Assembly (NCBI GenBank): GCA_002698365.1
Contig: NZWM01000050.1
Location: 1 to 40,557 of the forward strand
Length of the DNA: 40,557 bases
Reading direction: 5' to 3'
DNA from: Flavobacteriales bacterium
GTDB lineage: Bacteria > Bacteroidota > Bacteroidia > Flavobacteriales > TMED113
The translations under genes were made by a program, and so were the position numbers. Shown in pieces: positions 35,483-40,557 of the stretch (position 1 is the stretch's first letter; the number at the start of each line of letters is the position of its first letter). The notes under the pieces were generated by a model. The model was not told where the DNA came from, ran no database searches, and worked only from the letters and a program-made list of their open reading frames with translations.

Positions 35483-36535
35483 TTACCTAATACCTTGTTG
35501 ATTTAACCACTTAGTCCATTTTTTTTGATTTTTTTGATGTTGTCTCGAATTTTTAGCAAAATTATGTTGACCATCCCAACCAGGTTTAGCACAGAAATAT
35601 AAAAAGTCGTGTTTATCTGGATTTAACACGGCTTCTATTGCTTGAGTACTAGGAATACATATTGGGGAAGGAGGCAAACCATCATGATGATAAGTATTAT
35701 GTAGGCAAGCGGATTCTTCATTAATATTTTTAATATAAATTCTATTACGTCTTTCCTTGCCGGATTTCACTCTACAATAATTAATAGTAGGATCTGCTTG
35801 CAAACGCATTTTTCCTGATTTAGTCCAACCATTCAATCTATTTAAATATACACCCGCAATTGTACTCATCTCAGCTATATGTTGTGTTTCTTTTTCAACA
35901 ATAGATGCTAGCACTATTACCTCAAATGGTGTTAAATTCATTTTACCAGCCGCCCAAGTTCTTTCACGATTCCAAAATTTATTATATTCATGATTCATTT
36001 TTTTAAAAAAATCAGCAACAGAAATACTCCAATACATATTATATGTTTCGGGAATAAAACACAACCGATCCATATCTATTTTCGCTGAATCTATGTAATT
36101 TATAAAATCAATCGAATCAACATGAAGTTGCGATGAAACAACGCTAAATACATCTTGAAAACTATTAGCACTATTAAAAATAATATTCACAGGGTCACGA
36201 TCTCCCGCTCTTAACTTATTAATTATATCATTAATTGTAAAAGAGGTATTAAATAGATATCTACCATGTATCACCCCCTTTTCAAACCAATACTTTAAAC
36301 GTTTCTGATTCAGAAAACAATTAAACACAAATGTCTTTATATTATGGGAGCTTTGATCATTAAAAAGTATGCCATCTAAATCTTCAACAAATTCCGTATA
36401 ATTATTATGTGTAACAAAAAATTCTTGATTTGCGTTAAATATTTTTTTATTAAAATAGTCATAATAAATAGTGCCCAGAAGTAATACAAATAAAGAAGAA
36501 AAAACTATAAGTGAAATTTTAATTTTTGTAGTCAT
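35483..36535 (-). CDS. mltG: Endolytic murein transglycosylase MltG (YceG-like)
   Basis: N-terminal TM anchor. LASIVEKET catalytic-Glu motif, then AGVYLNRL and QADPT motifs. Confidence 0.88.
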   Translation of the reverse strand: MTTKIKISLIVFSSLFVLLLGTIYYDYFNKKIFNANQEFFVTHNNYTEFVEDLDGILFNDQSSHNIKTFVFNCFLNQKRLKYWFEKGVIHGRYLFNTSFTINDIINKLRAGDRDPVNIIFNSANSFQDVFSVVSSQLHVDSIDFINYIDSAKIDMDRLCFIPETYNMYWSISVADFFKKMNHEYNKFWNRERTWAAGKMNLTPFEVIVLASIVEKETQHIAEMSTIAGVYLNRLNGWTKSGKMRLQADPTINYCRVKSGKERRNRIYIKNINEESACLHNTYHHDGLPPSPICIPSTQAIEAVLNPDKHDFLYFCAKPGWDGQHNFAKNSRQHQKNQKKWTKWLNQQGIR

Positions 36536-38450
36536 TAATTTGATTTAATAAATAATTTGCTTCTTCTTGTAGAGGATTCAAAGTTAAAATTTTATTAATA
36601 CAAAAAAGAGCATTTTCCACATCTTCTTCAAGCAAGTGTAATGATATCTTATTTAACAATGTTTTTTCATGATATGGATTTAACTGTAATGCATAATTAT
36701 AATAAGAAAATGCTTTGTCATATTCTCCCAAAAATGAGTAAGCATAACCTAAGTTAGTATATGCAGACACAAAACCACTATCCTCACTAATAATAAATTG
36801 AAATTCATCAATTGCAAAATCTATTTTATCATTTTCAAATAAACATACTCCATATTTATTTCTAAACTCTAAATTATATGGTGCAAGTTCAATAGATTTT
36901 TGATAAAACTGTAACGCATCATTAGATTGATTTTCCTTCATATATGCTTCACCTATTCTATATGAAGTCCATGCATCCTGATTACTATAATCTTTTTCTG
37001 TTAAATAGTTGTTAAATAATAAATCTAAACCTATAAAATTTACTTTTTCTAAAATTTTATTATAGTTTTCTGTTAAAAACAAATAATAAACATGAATATA
37101 AAAACCTTTTTTACTATTAATATCTATCTCATTCAAATATACAGAAGCTGAATCTAAATAATAATCATAACTCTCAAATCTCTCATATTGTTGCAAATAA
37201 GCCTGTGTTATACTTTCTATACTAGGAGTAGTATTATTAACACATTCTAAACCTAGAAAAATCGCTTCGCCACTTGAGTCAATCTTTTCTTTAGGAATTT
37301 TTATTTTATGATCAGTGATTTTGACATGTGGTATATCAAGAGTTGTTGAAATAGACATGTGACACTTCACACAATCATTATGCATATTATTGATTTTGGA
37401 TTCCTTGCAACTATGATCAGAGTGGCATTGAAAACAACGAGAATTAAAAAATTTATTTGAAACTTCTTTCACAGAAACATGTGGATTATGACAAGTCACA
37501 CAAGATAATTCCTGATTAGATTGAATGTAACACTCACTCAACTGCATCCTATCAACATGTGATGCCATGATAAATTCATTATCGGAATTTGAATACCGTG
37601 GTAAATAAACATCCATTATTTCTTTCAAATACATTCCTGGTCTAAAATCAAAAAAACTCTTATTCTCTTGAAGAACAGCATTGCCTTGCAAATGACATCT
37701 TGCACAAAGATCATTTTGTAATTGAATCGATAATTTAGAGGGGTTTACAATTGTATAATCAACATTATGTGCCGTATCAATAATATTACCCGCTTTAATA
37801 TTATTAACATGTAATTCTCCAGGACCATGACAACGTTCACAATCTATCCCAAGTGGCATTGAATTATATTTATTTTCAGAACCCATGACAAAGTCCGGAT
37901 AAGCATTATGACACGCGACACATTCTAAACCCATTTTTCGAGAAAACCTACTATTTTTGTTGTTTTCAAATCCAGGTGGAAAATCAAGAATAGAATCTTG
38001 AGTATAATAAGTAAATGGAGCCTGATATAAATAGCCATTATCATTTGTAAACAAATGTGAATTTGTATGATGACCAGAGCCAATAATATAGTCGACTTTA
38101 TATGTCAAATCATGAATGGTATCATTATCCGACAATTGATATTCATCAACAAATAAACTATCACCAACCCAATGAGGATGATAGTGAAAAAATAAATTTG
38201 AATCATATAATGATTGATTAAAATGAGAAGAACTATTTACTTTTAAAGCGGACGAAAAAGATTTTCCCATACCAGTTTCTAAAAACGACTCATATTTTTG
38301 AGCATGACAAGCTGCACATTGATTCATCCCGACATAGCTAACATCCGGATCTATATTTAAAAATCTATTATTCTCATTATAACAAGAAAATAACATAATA
38401 ACAATAATAAAAAATTGCAATAAACGCATATCAAGCAGTAAATTTACCAT
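36519..38450 (-). CDS. Multiheme (7 x CxxCH) c-type cytochrome lipoprotein with a C-terminal TPR-repeat domain
   Basis: Lipobox-like N-terminus (IVIMLFSC). Seven CxxCH motifs: CAACH (aa 45), CVACH (177), CERCH (204), CARCH (249), CVTCH (317), CFQCH (339), CVKCH (360). The C-terminal ~160 aa have TPR-like repeats (…AWTSYRIGEAYMKENQSNDALQFYQKSIELAPYN…). An alternative start exists at the ATG at 38429. Confidence 0.8.
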   Translation of the reverse strand: MVNLLLDMRLLQFFIIVIMLFSCYNENNRFLNIDPDVSYVGMNQCAACHAQKYESFLETGMGKSFSSALKVNSSSHFNQSLYDSNLFFHYHPHWVGDSLFVDEYQLSDNDTIHDLTYKVDYIIGSGHHTNSHLFTNDNGYLYQAPFTYYTQDSILDFPPGFENNKNSRFSRKMGLECVACHNAYPDFVMGSENKYNSMPLGIDCERCHGPGELHVNNIKAGNIIDTAHNVDYTIVNPSKLSIQLQNDLCARCHLQGNAVLQENKSFFDFRPGMYLKEIMDVYLPRYSNSDNEFIMASHVDRMQLSECYIQSNQELSCVTCHNPHVSVKEVSNKFFNSRCFQCHSDHSCKESKINNMHNDCVKCHMSISTTLDIPHVKITDHKIKIPKEKIDSSGEAIFLGLECVNNTTPSIESITQAYLQQYERFESYDYYLDSASVYLNEIDINSKKGFYIHVYYLFLTENYNKILEKVNFIGLDLLFNNYLTEKDYSNQDAWTSYRIGEAYMKENQSNDALQFYQKSIELAPYNLEFRNKYGVCLFENDKIDFAIDEFQFIISEDSGFVSAYTNLGYAYSFLGEYDKAFSYYNYALQLNPYHEKTLLNKISLHLLEEDVENALFCINKILTLNPLQEEANYLLNQINDYKN

Positions 38451-39294
38451 TAGAATCTTGATATATCACTGACTCTAAAAAAATATCCGTAAAAAGTTTA
38501 TTTGTTCGTTTAAAACTCACATCTAATACACCACCCTTAGTATGCACCTGGATATTATCCCCCAAAATTAGTTGTTTAATTGACGCAGATAATGCAGCAG
38601 CTACAGCACCGGTACCGCATGACAATGTTTCTGACTCAACGCCTCTTTCATATGTCCTGATTGACAAGATATTATTAGAAAAACAAGCAAATGTAACATT
38701 GACTCCATACTTGACAAATGGCTCACTATACCTAATATCTCTTCCTTCTTTTTGAACATTTAGATTATTAATATCAGATTTAAAAATAACATAATGTGGA
38801 GATCCTGTATTAATAAGAATTCCTTGATCAAGGATAAAGAAATTTAATACATCTATCATCGAAATCCTTGTTTTTCCAGTATTAATGTCAGATTGAAACA
38901 AAAAAATACCTTCTTTAGTTTTAAATTCACCCTGACCAATATAGTTTTTCCCACAAAAACCAGAAAAAACAGCAAAATGAGCAGCACACATGCTTCCATT
39001 ACCACAAAAAGATGATGGATGTCCATTTGAATTAAAGTAAGTCATAAAATACACTGCTCCCTGACAAGGCTTAATTAGTATGAACCCATCAGCACCAATT
39101 CTGTGTTCTCTTGTATTAAAGATTTCAACATCTTTTCGAATACTTGATCCAACACCATGTTTTCTATCACATAATTCTTTGATATATTGAAAAGATTTCT
39201 CATATCCTTTTTCACCAATTGGAAACAAGTCATTACTATTATTAACAATAACAAAATCATTACCACAAGAATTATATTTCGCAAAATTCATCAC
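38431..39294 (-). CDS. dapF: Diaminopimelate epimerase
   Basis: NSCGNDFVIV; both catalytic Cys motifs (FCGNGSMC and LSCGTGAVAA); NTGSPHYV. Confidence 0.88.
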   Translation of the reverse strand: MMNFAKYNSCGNDFVIVNNSNDLFPIGEKGYEKSFQYIKELCDRKHGVGSSIRKDVEIFNTREHRIGADGFILIKPCQGAVYFMTYFNSNGHPSSFCGNGSMCAAHFAVFSGFCGKNYIGQGEFKTKEGIFLFQSDINTGKTRISMIDVLNFFILDQGILINTGSPHYVIFKSDINNLNVQKEGRDIRYSEPFVKYGVNVTFACFSNNILSIRTYERGVESETLSCGTGAVAAALSASIKQLILGDNIQVHTKGGVLDVSFKRTNKLFTDIFLESVIYQDSNGKFTA

Positions 39295-39317
39295 TAAAAA
39301 ATAATATATCTGAATTG

Positions 39318-39325
39318 CAAAAATA
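39318..39325 (-). promoter_or_regulatory. Bacteroidetes-type -7 box (TATTTTTG on the minus strand) for the dapF-cytochrome-mltG operon
   Basis: Exact TAnnTTTG match 23 nt upstream of the dapF ATG at 39294. Confidence 0.45.
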
Positions 39326-39394
39326 AATAAATAAAAAAACTACTTTTACCAAGATTTGTTTTATATGTAACTCACATAATTAAATAGATAAAAA

Positions 39395-40557
39395 ATGAAA
39401 CAAAATTACTCACAAAAATTAGATGCTTTTATAGCTGAAAAAAAAGAAGCTACAAATCTGATTAATTCAGTAGGCAACCTGCTTTATAATAAAGGAATTG
39501 AATTAGTTTTATTTCGAAGACATTTGATTGATAAAAATGTATCCGATATTTTACGTCTACATCAATATGCAACAAATTTTGTCAAAAAGCCAATTAATAT
39601 TTTTGATTCTGCAAAATTGGCACAAATTTTAACAAGTATGGATTTGGCTCCAGCAAAAATTGATATCGGAAAACTAACCTATGAATACTTATTAGAAAAA
39701 ACTAAATATAAGGATCAATTGGATTTTTTAAATGCAAAAATTGGATTCATCAAAAACTCAGAAGACACGATTCAACAATCTAAAGATGTTGTTTTATATG
39801 GATTTGGGCGTATTGGTAGATTATGTGCAAGAGAATTAATAAAACAAGCTGGAAAAGGACAACAACTAAGACTAAAGGGGGTTATCTTAAGGAAAATTGA
39901 TGCAAAAAGCTTAAGAAAAAGATGTGCACTACTACGTCAAGATTCTGTTCATGGATCTTTTTCAAGTTCAATTGAAATTGATGAAAAAAATTTATCAATT
40001 GTAATAAATGGTCAAGAAATCAAATTCTTTAACGAATCAACTAAACACAACTTGACAGATTACGGAATCAATGACGCACTTTTAATAGACAATACAGGGG
40101 TTTTTAAAACTAATGAAGAATTACAACAACATTTAAAACTTAATGGAATCAATAGAGTTCTATTAACTGCACCTGGAACCGGTATACCGAATATAGTATA
40201 TGGTGTTAATCAAGATAAAATAAACATAGAAAATGACCTTATTGTTTCAGCTGCATCATGTACTACAAATGCAATTGCTCCTATTCTAGAAGTAATAGAG
40301 AATTTTAATGAAATAAAAAAAGGACATATTGAAACCATACATGCATATACAAATGATCAAAATTTATTAGATAATATGCATAACAAAAGTAGAAGAGGAC
40401 GGTCAGCAGCTATCAATATGGTAATTACATCAACAGGGGCGGGGAAAGCTGTAACAAAAGTGATTCCTTCTCTAAAAAATAAATTAACAGCAAATGCCAT
40501 TAGAGTACCAACGCCAAACGGTTCTTTAGCAATTATTAATCTAGAACTTTCACAGAG
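39395..40557 (+). CDS. gap: Glyceraldehyde-3-phosphate dehydrogenase, long form with a ~120-aa N-terminal extension (3' end outside the window)
   Basis: My own translation from the ATG at 39395 is open to the window edge; this ORF is not in the supplied track. The GFGRIGR Rossmann motif begins at about aa 126. The catalytic SCTTNA motif is present, followed by ...HAYTNDQ... and ...RVPTPNGS.... Confidence 0.88.
   Translation, partial: MKQNYSQKLDAFIAEKKEATNLINSVGNLLYNKGIELVLFRRHLIDKNVSDILRLHQYATNFVKKPINIFDSAKLAQILTSMDLAPAKIDIGKLTYEYLLEKTKYKDQLDFLNAKIGFIKNSEDTIQQSKDVVLYGFGRIGRLCARELIKQAGKGQQLRLKGVILRKIDAKSLRKRCALLRQDSVHGSFSSSIEIDEKNLSIVINGQEIKFFNESTKHNLTDYGINDALLIDNTGVFKTNEELQQHLKLNGINRVLLTAPGTGIPNIVYGVNQDKINIENDLIVSAASCTTNAIAPILEVIENFNEIKKGHIETIHAYTNDQNLLDNMHNKSRRGRSAAINMVITSTGAGKAVTKVIPSLKNKLTANAIRVPTPNGSLAIINLELSQ

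Noticed and set aside
309-39284. Many short track ORFs (61-142 aa) overlap larger genes on the opposite strand or in another frame. They are 309-554, 4943-5371, 11329-11520, 16190-16402, 17530-17784, 19291-19476, 19537-19743, 21140-21421, 22891-23079, 23968-24183, 25021-25257, 25907-26155, 27430-27636, 30037-30252, 30677-30880, 31675-31911, 32731-32982, 33197-33406 and 39075-39284.
   Set aside because: Each is nested in a gene whose product has clear family motifs. The nested ORFs have low-complexity, hydrophobic shadow-like composition and no independent start context.
38431-39294. DapF appears to carry an extra ~17-aa segment (…SSIRKDVEIFNTREHRI…) before the GADG(F/L) strand and is somewhat long at 287 aa.
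   Set aside because: Both catalytic Cys motifs and the other signature motifs are intact. Loop insertions of this size are within normal family variation. Without an alignment I cannot support it as noteworthy.
1-40557. Search for CRISPR arrays, tandem or interspersed repeats, IS elements, integrases, phage genes, tRNA or rRNA genes and defence islands.
   Set aside because: None was seen. There are no spaced direct repeats and no transposase, integrase or recombinase-like ORFs. The only non-coding stretch over 200 nt besides rnpB is the 13.7-14.0 kb spacer. Only trivial in-gene codon repeats occur (for example GAAGAATTA x2 at 25261-25280). Detection of dispersed repeats by eye is limited, and a self-dotplot would be the proper test.

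Overview
The window is a very AT-rich, densely packed chromosomal segment. By my hand tally only about 1.3 kb of 40.6 kb lies outside genes. It most likely comes from a streamlined member of Bacteroidota, probably Flavobacteriia-like. Four things support that placement: a T9SS type-B C-terminal sorting domain protein, BshA, a Bacteroidetes-style LptD / AmiC-SPOR / MlaD neighbourhood, a fused E1 alpha/beta dehydrogenase, and repeated TAnnTTTG -7 promoter boxes in the short intergenic spacers.

Gene content is almost entirely housekeeping:
- Nucleotide and amino acid metabolism: purA (5' truncated), pabA/trpG, ridA, aroC, hutI, ftcD, gcvT, dapF.
- Central metabolism and redox: lpdA, trxB, and a long-form gap gene (3' truncated).
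- Translation and cell envelope: trmD-rplS, a SUI1/YciH gene, bshA, mltG.

One RNA gene is missed by the ORF track. A type-A RNase P RNA (rnpB) lies on the minus strand at about 35086-35446. I found no CRISPR array, tRNA, rRNA, transposase, integrase or recognisable defence island. I cannot honestly point to a clear-cut new system.

The best candidates for a second look are:
1. A seven-heme c-type cytochrome-TPR lipoprotein wedged, with overlapping reading frames, between the peptidoglycan genes dapF and mltG.
2. A tightly coupled membrane NarI/DsrM-like 4Fe-4S protein, a small HAD phosphatase, a CCG-domain protein and a 155-aa unknown protein (a split HdrD/DsrMK-like module of unknown substrate).
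3. A lipoprotein gene interrupted by a single in-frame TGA that stays open for 116 further codons.
4. A subset of -7 boxes that sit only 6-7 nt from the start codon, which implies leaderless mRNAs.
5. An IPNS-family 2OG oxygenase translationally coupled to the SUI1/YciH gene.

All functional calls rest on motif recognition by eye. No database searches were run.
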